The notes beneath the pieces were generated by a model that was not told where the DNA came from, did no database searches, and was given only the letters and a program-made list of their open reading frames with translations. The position numbers and the translations under genes are program-made. DNA of 64,000 nucleotides, taken from positions 21,031 to 85,030 of the forward strand of contig JAVKIH010000011.1 of the NCBI GenBank assembly GCA_031459625.1. Reading direction: 5' to 3'. Origin of the DNA: Candidatus Geohabitans tengchongensis (GTDB lineage Bacteria > Sysuimicrobiota > Sysuimicrobiia > Sysuimicrobiales > Humicultoraceae). Within the stretch, counting starts at the first letter, position 1; every line of letters begins with the position of its first letter. Positions 47,431 through 56,416 of this stretch are shown here, in pieces.

Positions 47431-48339
47431 ATGGACGTGGGGACCACGCGTCTCGTGAACCCCGAGCTGCGCGCCCGCCTCGATGGCGGGGCGCGCCCGC
47501 CGTGTCGCATCCGGCGCCCGGGCCATCTGGCCCTCGAGGTGGCGGACCTGGGCCGGGCGGTGGACTTCTACACCCGGATCCTCCGCCTGGTGCGTGTCGA
47601 AGAGGGGGAGGGCGTCGTCTACCTCCGGTCGCAGTTCGAGCACCACTGCCTGGAGCTGCATGGCACCGGCCGGTCGGGACTCCATCACGCCGGATGGGAG
47701 ACGGACAGCGACCAGGAGACCGAGGCTCTGCACGATGCCCTGGCCCGGCGGGGCGTCCCGGTGCGCGACGCCCCGCCCGAGCCGGGCCGGCGGGGCCGGG
47801 CCTTCCAGTTCCAGGACCCCATGGGGTTCTGGCACGAGGTCTACCGGGCCATGGACCGCCTCCCGGTGCTGGTGAGCAACGGTCCCTTCCCCGTCCTGCG
47901 CCAGGCCCACTTCGCCTTCAACTCCCCGGACGTGGATCGCGACCTGGAGTTCTTCCGGGCGGTAGGGTTTCGGGTCTCGGACTGGAGTCCGGGCCGGCAG
48001 GCCTCGCTCCGCTGCCTCCCGGAGCACCACAACATCTCGCTCTTTGCCCACGGGCGCGCACGCTTCCACCACCAGGGCTTTGACATCGGCTCCTGGGAGC
48101 ACCTGAAGGGGATCCTCGACTGGATCGCCCACCAGGAGTACCCGGTCGAGGTGGGCCCCGTGCGTCACGCTCTGGGCAATAACATCTCGGTCTACCTGCT
48201 CGACCCCGACCGTTTCCGCATCGAGCTGTTCTGCGAGATGGAGCAGATCCTCGACGACGAGGATCACGAGAACCGCCGCCAGCCGCCGCTCTTCGACCTC
48301 TGGCGCCGCCAGCCCGTCCCGGCGGACTTCAGGGAGTAG
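47431..48339 (+). CDS. VOC-family extradiol ring-cleavage dioxygenase (catechol 2,3-dioxygenase-like)
   Basis: Two-domain VOC; AHFAF, EHHN, FHHQGF, GPVRH, YLLDPD..IE give the 2-His-1-Glu set plus catalytic His and Tyr. Confidence 0.8.
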   Translation: MDVGTTRLVNPELRARLDGGARPPCRIRRPGHLALEVADLGRAVDFYTRILRLVRVEEGEGVVYLRSQFEHHCLELHGTGRSGLHHAGWETDSDQETEALHDALARRGVPVRDAPPEPGRRGRAFQFQDPMGFWHEVYRAMDRLPVLVSNGPFPVLRQAHFAFNSPDVDRDLEFFRAVGFRVSDWSPGRQASLRCLPEHHNISLFAHGRARFHHQGFDIGSWEHLKGILDWIAHQEYPVEVGPVRHALGNNISVYLLDPDRFRIELFCEMEQILDDEDHENRRQPPLFDLWRRQPVPADFRE

Positions 48340-48341
48340 GC

Positions 48342-49292
48342 GTGAGCGCGGAGCCCGCCCCGGCCGTCAGCGTCGTCCTGCCCACCTACAACCGGGCCGC
48401 AGTGCTCCCGCGGGCCGTCGAGAGCACGTTGCGGCAGACGTTTCCGGATTGGGAGCTCGTCATCGTGGACGACGGCTCAGTGGACGCGACAGGTGCAGTC
48501 CTGCAGCAGTTCGTCGACGGACGGATCCGCTACGTCCGAGGGGAGCACAACCGCGGCGTGGCGGCGGCACGCCAGGTGGGCCTCACACTTGCCCGCGCTC
48601 CCTATGTCACCTTCCTGGATTCCGACGACGAGTACCGCCCGGAGAAACTGGCCGCGCAGGTCCGTGCGCTCCGGCAGCGAGGGGAGGCGGTGGAGTGCGG
48701 GATGCGGCTCGTCCTGCCCGACGGGCGTGAGCGGGACCTGGCCCCGGTGCTCTACCGCAAGTCGCCGGAACAGTTCGGGCTGGTCGCCCGCGGGATCAAC
48801 CTGGCCACCCTGCTGATTCCCCGCGAGGCTGCGCTCGCGACCGGGTTCGATGAAGCGATCCGCTTCTCGATGTCGGACTGGGACTTCGTCCTCCGGCTCC
48901 TGCGTCGCTGCCGGGTGACCGCCGTCGTGCCGCAGCCGCTGGTCGTCCACTACAGCCACCGGGGGCCGCGCATGTCCACCGCCGCGAACCTGATGCGCGG
49001 GCTGGAATACGTGCTGGCCAAGTACGAGGGGACGGAGGTCCTGTCGCCGCGCGTGCGGGCGCGATTGCTCCATCGCCTGGCGGCGTACTGCATCGGACGG
49101 GGAGACCTGCCGCGGGCACGGCAGCTCCTGCGGCGCTCGGTCGCGTCCTGGCCGTGGAGCGCTCCGCGCTGGCTCATGCTGGCGGCAGTCGCCCTCCAGC
49201 CGGTGGCCTTCGACCGATTCTACGCCGTCTACGGACGGGTGGCGCGAGTGCTGCAGCGCCTTCGCGTCCGGACGGGGGGCGTCCTGGCATGA
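48342..49292 (+). CDS. Glycosyltransferase family 2
   Basis: VSVVLPTYNRA, VDDGS.D, FLDSDD, SDWD. Confidence 0.92.
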   Translation: MSAEPAPAVSVVLPTYNRAAVLPRAVESTLRQTFPDWELVIVDDGSVDATGAVLQQFVDGRIRYVRGEHNRGVAAARQVGLTLARAPYVTFLDSDDEYRPEKLAAQVRALRQRGEAVECGMRLVLPDGRERDLAPVLYRKSPEQFGLVARGINLATLLIPREAALATGFDEAIRFSMSDWDFVLRLLRRCRVTAVVPQPLVVHYSHRGPRMSTAANLMRGLEYVLAKYEGTEVLSPRVRARLLHRLAAYCIGRGDLPRARQLLRRSVASWPWSAPRWLMLAAVALQPVAFDRFYAVYGRVARVLQRLRVRTGGVLA

Positions 49293-50275
49293 GCCCATCC
49301 TCCCCGGCGAGGCCGCTGGTCAGCGTCATCCTGCCGACCTACAACCGGGCGAGCTTTTTGGACCGGGCCCTGCGGAGCGTCCTTAGCCAGACCCTCCCGG
49401 ACTACGAAGTGCTCGTCGTGGACGACGGCTCCACCGACGACACCGCGGAGCGAGTCCGGGCCGCGGGGGACGCTCGGGTCCGCTACATCCGGCAGCCGCG
49501 CAACCGGGGCGTCTCCGCGGCCCGCAACCTGGGGTTGCGTTTGAGCCGCGGCCACTTCGTCACCTTCCTGGATTCCGACGACGAGTACCTGCCGGTCAAG
49601 CTGGAGCGACAGGTGGCGGCGCTGGCGGCGGCTCCGGCAGAGGTGGGGGCGGTGGAGTGCGGGCTGCGCATCGTAGCCAACGGCGCCCACCGGGACCAGC
49701 CGCCCCAGCTGCGCGGACGAGACTACCTGACCTTCCTGCGCTCGCGGGAGGGAGTGAACATGGCCGCCCTCCTCGTGCGGGCAGACCTGGCGCGCATGGT
49801 GGGGTTCGACGAGGGCCTGACGTCGCGGGAGGACGTGGACTTCATGGCCCGGCTGCTCTGCCGGACCTCCCTGGCGTTCATCGACGACCCGCTCGTGGTC
49901 ATCCACAACGACGCTCCGGTCCGGCTCTCCGCGGGGGCGGTGCTCCTGCGGGGGCTGGAGCAGCTCGCCCGCAAGTACGACCAGGAGCAGCACGCCTCCC
50001 GGGCCCTGCGCATCGACTGGAACCACCGGCTGGCGCTGGCCTATCTCCAGCAGGGTCGCTTCCGGGAAACGCGCCAGGCCCTGGCGCGCGCCATCGCCGC
50101 GCGGCCCCTGGGCGTGGTCCACTGGGGGCTGTACCTGAGCACGCTGCTGGGGCGGCCCGGCGCGGCGCTGGCCCATCGAGTCTACCTGGCCGGCGGGCGC
50201 GTCAAGCAGTGGCTTCGCGGCAAGGCGGCCGGGCGCCGGTCATGGGGACGAAACCTGCTCTCCCGATCGACCTAG
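49289..50275 (+). CDS. Glycosyltransferase family 2
   Basis: VSVILPTYNRA, VDDGSTD, ARNLG, FLDSDD, ED; tandem paralogue of the previous gene. Confidence 0.92.
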   Translation: MSPSSPARPLVSVILPTYNRASFLDRALRSVLSQTLPDYEVLVVDDGSTDDTAERVRAAGDARVRYIRQPRNRGVSAARNLGLRLSRGHFVTFLDSDDEYLPVKLERQVAALAAAPAEVGAVECGLRIVANGAHRDQPPQLRGRDYLTFLRSREGVNMAALLVRADLARMVGFDEGLTSREDVDFMARLLCRTSLAFIDDPLVVIHNDAPVRLSAGAVLLRGLEQLARKYDQEQHASRALRIDWNHRLALAYLQQGRFRETRQALARAIAARPLGVVHWGLYLSTLLGRPGAALAHRVYLAGGRVKQWLRGKAAGRRSWGRNLLSRST

Positions 50276-50331
50276 CCCGTGGCCTTCCAGCCGCATCACG
50301 CTCCCCGAAGATGGGCCGTGGGGAGCTGTCC

Positions 50332-51138
50332 GTGACCTTCTCCTTCGGCAGCAACTGGCTGGACTACCTGAAGAGCGTTTCCGAGGACGCAGTCGCGCGC
50401 GCCCGGGCCGACATCGAGCATTGGGTCGGCAGCGCCACGGTCCGGGACGCCTCAATCCTCGACGTGGGGTCCGGCTCCGGCATCCACTCGCTGGCGTTTC
50501 TCCAGCTGGGCGCCCGGCGCGTATGCTCGTTCGACGTCGATCCCCGCTGCGTGGATGCCACGCGACAGCTCTGGGAGCGGGCGGGTCGCCCGGCGCACTG
50601 GGAGGTGCTCCAGGGCTCGATCCTCGATCCGGCCTTCACCGGCACCCTCGGGAGCTTTGATCTGGTCTACGCCTGGGGGGTGCTGCACCACACCGGGGCT
50701 CTGTGGGAGGCCCTTGCCCGGACCTGCACCCTGGTCCGATCCGGCGGCCTGTTGTGGGTGGCGATCTACACGAAAGGCCCGAGCTACGCCGACGACCTGG
50801 CCTTGAAGCGACGGTACAATGCCGCGTCCCCTTTGGGCAAGCGCCTCCTGATCTACAAGAAGATCGGCAAGGTGATGCTCAAGCGGCTCCGGAAGTTCCA
50901 GAACCCGCTGGCATGGAACCAGCCCAAGGAGCGCGGCATGGATGTCTACCACGACATCGTCGACTGGCTGGGCGGGCTGCCCTACGAGGTGGCCAGCCCG
51001 GACGAGGTGGTGCGGTTCACCCGTCAGCGGGGATTCGTCCTGGAGCGTATCAGGGTGGAGGGGGAGCGGGCGAACAGCATCTATATACTCCGCGCACCGG
51101 ACGCTGTGCGCACACCGGGGGAGAAACCGCAGCCGTGA
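50332..51138 (+). CDS. Class I SAM-dependent methyltransferase
   Basis: FSFGSNW, LDVGSGSG, FDLVYAWGVLHHTG, DWLGGLPYE; alternative ATG at 50311. Confidence 0.88.
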   Translation: MTFSFGSNWLDYLKSVSEDAVARARADIEHWVGSATVRDASILDVGSGSGIHSLAFLQLGARRVCSFDVDPRCVDATRQLWERAGRPAHWEVLQGSILDPAFTGTLGSFDLVYAWGVLHHTGALWEALARTCTLVRSGGLLWVAIYTKGPSYADDLALKRRYNAASPLGKRLLIYKKIGKVMLKRLRKFQNPLAWNQPKERGMDVYHDIVDWLGGLPYEVASPDEVVRFTRQRGFVLERIRVEGERANSIYILRAPDAVRTPGEKPQP

Positions 51139-53324
51139 GAACCGCCCGTCCGGTGCGCCTCGGCATTGTCGGCTGCGGCGCCGTGACGCAGATCTGCCAC
51201 CTGCCGGCAGCCAGGAGCGTGCCCGACGTGGAGGTCGTGGCCCTGGCCGACCTGAACCTGGCCCGCGCGCGGTTCCTGGCCGCGCGGTTCGGTGTTGCGC
51301 GGTACAGCACCGACTACCACGCCTGGCTCGACGAGGTGGACGGGGTCATCCTGGCCCTTCCCCACGCCCTGCACGTGCCGGTGGCGAGCGAGCTCCTCGA
51401 GCGCGGCCTGCCCGTGCTCCTGGAGAAGCCCCTGGCCGTGACGGTGCGGGAGGCCGAGGAGCTGGTGGCCCGGGCGGCGGCCACGGGCACGCCGCTGCAA
51501 CCCGGCTACATGTTCCGGCACAATCGGTCCGCCCGGGTCGTGAAGCACATGCTCGAGGCGGGCTGGATCGGCCGCGTGCAGACCTTCGTGGCGCGCTGGG
51601 GCGGCGTCTACCGTTGGCCGGTGGCCTCGGGCTTCTTCTGGGACCGCCAGCAGGCGGGCGGAGGGGTGGTGGTGGACGCGGGCTCGCACCTCCTGGATCT
51701 CCTCCTGTGGTGGTTCGGGGACGTGCTCGAGGTCGAGTACCGCGACGACAGCCGGGGCGGGGTGGAGGCGGACGCCTGGATGCGACTCGTCCTCCAGGGC
51801 CCGCACGGCCCGGTCCGCGGAGAGGTGGTGATCAGCCGGCTGCGCCACCTGCGCTCGCACGTGCGGCTGGACGGCGAGCAGTTCGTCGTGGACTGGGGAT
51901 CGGCGGGCGACCGCTATGCCGCCCGCATCGCTCCGCAGACCTGGAACGGCGACGATCCGCGTTTCCTCTCCCAGGCCGACCCCGGCGGGAGCGACACCTT
52001 TGTGGGCATGTTCGCCGAACAGCTCCGGGCGTTCGCCCGGACGATCCGGGGAGCCCCTCCGGCTGTCTCCGCCCGGGACGTCCTGCCGACCGTCGCCTTG
52101 ATCGAGCGCTGCTACCGCGAACGGGCGGGGAGCCTGTTGGAGCCCTGGGACCGTCCGGTCTCCGTCACGAGCCCCGCAGGTCCGGTGCTCGTCACGGGGG
52201 CCACAGGGTTCATCGGCGGACGGCTGGCGGAGGTCCTGGCGGCGCAGGGGGTGCCGGTGCGTGCGCTCGTGCGCACCTGGAGTCGCGCCGCGCGGCTGGC
52301 CCGGCTGCCGGTGGAGCTCGTGGGCGGCGACATGCTCGACCTGGCCAGCCTCCGCCGCGCCGCCGCGGGGTGCCGCACGATCTACCACTGCGCCGTGGAC
52401 TTCGCGGCGGGCGGTCGGGCGATCCGGCGCTCCTCGGCCCTGGGCGCGCGGCACGTCCTGCAGGCTGCGCTGAACGCCGGGGTCGAGCGTGTGGTGCTCC
52501 TCAGCACGGTGGCGGTCTACGGAGCCGATCCTCCGCCGGGTTCGATCTCAGAGGACACGCCCGTACGACACGAAGGGGACGACTATGCCGACGGGAAGAT
52601 CGACGCGGAGGCCGCCGCGCGTGACGTCTACCACCGCTACGGACTGCCGATCGTCATTCTGCGGCCGCCGATCGTCTACGGCCCCTTCAGCAGCCGGACC
52701 GTCTCCCTCGCCCAGGCGATCCGCGCCGGGCGCCTGGCGCTCATCGCCGACACCGGGGGCGTCTGCAACACCCTGTACGTCGACGACCTGGTGGCGGCGA
52801 TGTTGCTGGCCGCCGCCGCGCCGGGGGCCCCCGGGCAGACCTTCCACGTGACCGACGGGGCCCCCGTGACCTGGCACGCCTTCATCGAAGCGCACGCACG
52901 GGCGCTGGAGGTGCCCGCCCCCTCACTGCCGCGCGTCACCCTTCAGGAGCTCGAGCAGGCCTGGGCGGCCCAGGCCCGCGGACGGCGGACATCGTGGCGC
53001 ACCCTGGCCGGCCTCGTCCTGCGGGACAGCCGGCTGCGCGAGACGGTGCGCGCCTTGCCGGTGGTGGCGACGCTGGAACGGTTGGGCCGCCTCGTCGCGC
53101 CGGAGGCGATCCGCGAGCAGGCGGCCCGCCTCGCCCTGGCTGCGCCAGCCAACGGGGCGGCCGCCTCCCCGCCGCCGCCCTCCCGCAGCCTCGCCCGGCT
53201 GATGGTGGGGCGCACGGTCTACGACATCACCCGGGCCCGGCAGGTGCTCGGCTACACTCCCGCGGTGGACTTCCATGAGGGCATGGCGCGCACCGCGGCC
53301 TGGATGCGGTGGGCGCACCTGTGA
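51135..53324 (+). CDS. Gfo/Idh/MocA oxidoreductase fused to an NAD-dependent epimerase/dehydratase (SDR)
   Basis: GIVGCG, EKP, DAGSH; then TGATGFIG, HCA, YADGK (YxxxK), RPPIVYGP. Confidence 0.88.
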   Translation: MRTARPVRLGIVGCGAVTQICHLPAARSVPDVEVVALADLNLARARFLAARFGVARYSTDYHAWLDEVDGVILALPHALHVPVASELLERGLPVLLEKPLAVTVREAEELVARAAATGTPLQPGYMFRHNRSARVVKHMLEAGWIGRVQTFVARWGGVYRWPVASGFFWDRQQAGGGVVVDAGSHLLDLLLWWFGDVLEVEYRDDSRGGVEADAWMRLVLQGPHGPVRGEVVISRLRHLRSHVRLDGEQFVVDWGSAGDRYAARIAPQTWNGDDPRFLSQADPGGSDTFVGMFAEQLRAFARTIRGAPPAVSARDVLPTVALIERCYRERAGSLLEPWDRPVSVTSPAGPVLVTGATGFIGGRLAEVLAAQGVPVRALVRTWSRAARLARLPVELVGGDMLDLASLRRAAAGCRTIYHCAVDFAAGGRAIRRSSALGARHVLQAALNAGVERVVLLSTVAVYGADPPPGSISEDTPVRHEGDDYADGKIDAEAAARDVYHRYGLPIVILRPPIVYGPFSSRTVSLAQAIRAGRLALIADTGGVCNTLYVDDLVAAMLLAAAAPGAPGQTFHVTDGAPVTWHAFIEAHARALEVPAPSLPRVTLQELEQAWAAQARGRRTSWRTLAGLVLRDSRLRETVRALPVVATLERLGRLVAPEAIREQAARLALAAPANGAAASPPPPSRSLARLMVGRTVYDITRARQVLGYTPAVDFHEGMARTAAWMRWAHL

Positions 53325-55540
53325 GGGCGACCGTGGTGGGGCCACCGGTGCGCCTCGGTATCGTCGGCTGCGGGGCGGTGACGCAGGTCTGCCACCTCCC
53401 CGCGGCGCGTCGCGTGCCGGAGGTCCGGGTGGTCGCCCTGGCGGACACCAACCCGGCGCGAGCCGCCCTGCTGGCGCGGCGCTTCGACGTCCCTCGCTGG
53501 AGCACGGACTACCGGACCTGGGTGGACGACGTGGACGGCGTGATCGTCGCCGTGCCGCACGCCCTGCACCTGCCGCTGGCGGAGGAGCTGCTGCGCCGGG
53601 GCCGGCCGGTGCTGATGGAGAAGCCGCTGGCGACCTCGACGGCGGAGCTCGAGGCCATGGCGGCGATCGTTCGTGAGACCGGCACGCCGCTCGTGGGCGG
53701 CTACATGTACCGGCACAACCGGGCGGCGCACCTGGTCCGGCGCATCCTCACAGAGCACTGGCTCGGACGGCTGGAGCGCTTCACCCTGGAGTTCGGTGTG
53801 GCCTCGGGCTGGCCGGCCGCCTCCGGGTTCTACTGGGACCGCCAGCAGGCCGGTGGCGGGGTGCTCATCGACAGCGGGTCGCACATGCTCGACCTGCTCC
53901 TGTGGTGGCTGGGAGATGTCGAGGCCGTGACGTACCGGGACGACAGCCGGGGTGGTGTGGAGGCCGAGTGCCACCTCGACCTGACGCTGCGTGTCGCTCA
54001 GGGCCCCGTATCGGGCACGGTGGTGCTCAGCCGGCTGCGCGACCTGCCGGGCGTGGCCACCATTGTCGGCGAGGACTTCGCGCTGGAGTGCACCGTCTCG
54101 CCGCCCTACGAAGTACGCGTCAGCCCACGCTGGGCGGCTGGCCAGCCGGTCTTCATCGCCGACGATGCCGGCCGGGAGACCTTCAGCGGCATGTTCGTCC
54201 AGCAGCTGCGCGCGTTCGCGGCGACCGTGCGCGGTGCCCCCTCGCCTGTGCCCGTGGAGAGCGTGCGCCCCACTGTCGCTCTGATCGAACGGTGCTACCG
54301 CGAGCGCGCCGGCCGCCTCCCCGAACCCTGGTCGGTGCCGTTGTCCATGCCCACGCGGCCTGCGGGGGCCTGCATCACGGGGGCTACAGGGTTCATCGGC
54401 GGACGGCTGGCTGAAGTGCTGGTCCAGGAGGGAGCGAAGGTGACCGCCCTGGTCCGCCGGTGGTCGCAGGCAGCACGTCTGGCGCGCCTTCCCGTCCGGA
54501 TGGTCGGAGGCGACGTCCTCGACGTGGCGAGCCTGCGCCAGGCCATGGCCGGCTGTCGCGTGGTGTACCACTGCGCCTTCAGCTTCGCCGGGGGCAAGCG
54601 CGGCATGCGGCGGCTGGCGGTTCAGGGCACCCTGGCTGTCCTCCAGGCCGCCCTGGAGGCGGAGGTGGAGCGCGTCGTCCTGCTGAGCACGGTGGCGGTG
54701 CACGGGGTCACGCTCCCGGCCGGGGTGATCACCGAGGAGATGGCCCGCGGGCCGACAGGGGATCCCTACGGCGACGCCAAGCTCGCCGGCGAGCAGGCCG
54801 CGCTGGCCTTCCACCGCCGCACGGGGCTGCCGGTGACCATCCTCCGTCCGGCGATCGTCTACGGCCCCTACGGGGGAGCCTGGACGGTGGAGATCGTGCG
54901 GCTGGCACGGGAAGGGCGGCTGGCGCTGGTGAACGGCGGGGAGGGGGTCTGCAACCCCCTGTACGTGGACAACCTGGTTCAGGCCATGCTGCTGGCGGCC
55001 ACGCACCCGGGCGCGGTCGGGCAGGTCTTCCACGTCACGGACGGCAGTCCGATCACCTGGCGGCGCTTCCTCGAGGCGCATGTGCGGGGCCTGGGGGACC
55101 ATCTCCTGCCGCTGCCCGAGATCCGTCTGGAGGAGCTGGAGGCGGCCTGGGCGGAGGTCCGGCGCCGCCGGCCTTCCCTGCGCCACCTCGCGGGGCTCGT
55201 CCTGCGCGAGCCCGCGCTGCGCAGCGCAGTGCGTGGCCTGGCGCCCGTGGCTGCCCTGGAGCGGATCGGCCGGTTCGCCTTCGACCGGGTGCTGCCCCTG
55301 CGCTGGCAGCAGGAGCTGCGGGAACGGGCGGTCCGCCTCATGCTGGAGGCGTCCCTCAACGGTGCGGGTCCGGCCCCGGGGGCGCCACCGCTGCCCCTGG
55401 GCATCGCGCGGGCGTTGGCCAACCAGGGCGTCTTCAGCATCGACCGCGCCGTGGAGATGCTCGGCTATGCTCCCGGGGTGAGTACGGAGGAGGCGATGGA
55501 CCGCACGGAGGCCTGGGTCCGGTGGGCCTACCGGGCGTAG
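53321..55540 (+). CDS. Second Gfo/Idh/MocA-SDR fusion (tandem paralogue)
   Basis: Same architecture: GIVGCG, EKP, DSGSH, TGATGFIG, YGDAK; GTGA overlap. Confidence 0.88.
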   Translation: MRATVVGPPVRLGIVGCGAVTQVCHLPAARRVPEVRVVALADTNPARAALLARRFDVPRWSTDYRTWVDDVDGVIVAVPHALHLPLAEELLRRGRPVLMEKPLATSTAELEAMAAIVRETGTPLVGGYMYRHNRAAHLVRRILTEHWLGRLERFTLEFGVASGWPAASGFYWDRQQAGGGVLIDSGSHMLDLLLWWLGDVEAVTYRDDSRGGVEAECHLDLTLRVAQGPVSGTVVLSRLRDLPGVATIVGEDFALECTVSPPYEVRVSPRWAAGQPVFIADDAGRETFSGMFVQQLRAFAATVRGAPSPVPVESVRPTVALIERCYRERAGRLPEPWSVPLSMPTRPAGACITGATGFIGGRLAEVLVQEGAKVTALVRRWSQAARLARLPVRMVGGDVLDVASLRQAMAGCRVVYHCAFSFAGGKRGMRRLAVQGTLAVLQAALEAEVERVVLLSTVAVHGVTLPAGVITEEMARGPTGDPYGDAKLAGEQAALAFHRRTGLPVTILRPAIVYGPYGGAWTVEIVRLAREGRLALVNGGEGVCNPLYVDNLVQAMLLAATHPGAVGQVFHVTDGSPITWRRFLEAHVRGLGDHLLPLPEIRLEELEAAWAEVRRRRPSLRHLAGLVLREPALRSAVRGLAPVAALERIGRFAFDRVLPLRWQQELRERAVRLMLEASLNGAGPAPGAPPLPLGIARALANQGVFSIDRAVEMLGYAPGVSTEEAMDRTEAWVRWAYRA

Positions 55541-55593
55541 AGGATTCCCGCTGGCCGGGCCAGGCGGGCGTCGGTCAACCCGAGAGACGGCGC

Positions 55594-56381
55594 ATGCGGT
55601 TGATGAGAGCTGTTGGGGCTGCAAGGGCGAAGCTGATCCACTACGCGGCTCTGCGCGAGCTGACACCGGATCACATGAGGCTCGCGCTCAGGAAGCTCAT
55701 CAAGCGCTATTACCTCATGCGCTTCTGGTTGCGGACACGCTCGGGACTGTCGGTCTACATGAGTGAGGACCCACTGGACGATCTCGTCCTGGAGTCGATG
55801 CTGCAGGCAAAGGCTCACATCTACTTCCCCCCGTTGCCCTGGGCGACCGCCGGTGGCCTGGTCGTCGATCTTGGGGCGTGGCACGGTTTCTACACCCTGG
55901 AAGCCTTGCGCCGGTACCCCGGGGCGAGAGTCGTCGCGGTGGAGCCGGACAGCTGGAACTGCGCCCTCCTGCGCAGGAACCTCGCCGCGAACGGCTTGGT
56001 GGACCGGGCGGAGGTCATCGAGGCCGCCGTCGGGTCCAGCGAGGGTTCGGACAGCTCGTCCAGCGAAGGACCTCCCTGGAGTATCGAGTGGTTCAGCCTC
56101 AGGATGAGCAAGGGGGGAGATGGATTAGGATCGTTGGCCCGGAGAGTGTTGTCCGGGACGCTCAGCCCCTGGTGGTGAAGTGCAACGCCGAGGGGGCCGA
56201 GTTTGCCTTCTTTCCTCAGCTCTTCCGGTTGGGTCGGCACCCCAGGCTCGTCATCGTGGAGATTCATGCAAGGTATGGCGATACGGACGCGTTGCTGGGG
56301 GTCTTCCGCCAGTCGGGATACTCGGTGTCCCTGGTCGATCGAATGCCTCACGGGGCGTGGTTTCACTGTTGGTTGATCTGA
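55594..56381 (+). pseudogene. FkbM-family methyltransferase split by a frameshift
   Basis: Frame A has DLGAWHG, AVEPD..N and AAVG and stops at 56178; frame B has KCNAEGAE and VEIH and stops at 56381; switch at about 56045-56090. Confidence 0.75.
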
Positions 56382-56416
56382 CGGTGTGGCGGCGTGGAGC
56401 AGGGGTAGCGTAGGCC

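Noticed and set aside
50332..51138. Aminopropyltransferase partner for the AdoMetDC-like protein
   Set aside because: Motif I is DVGSGSG of an ordinary methyltransferase, not the GGGDG of spermidine synthases
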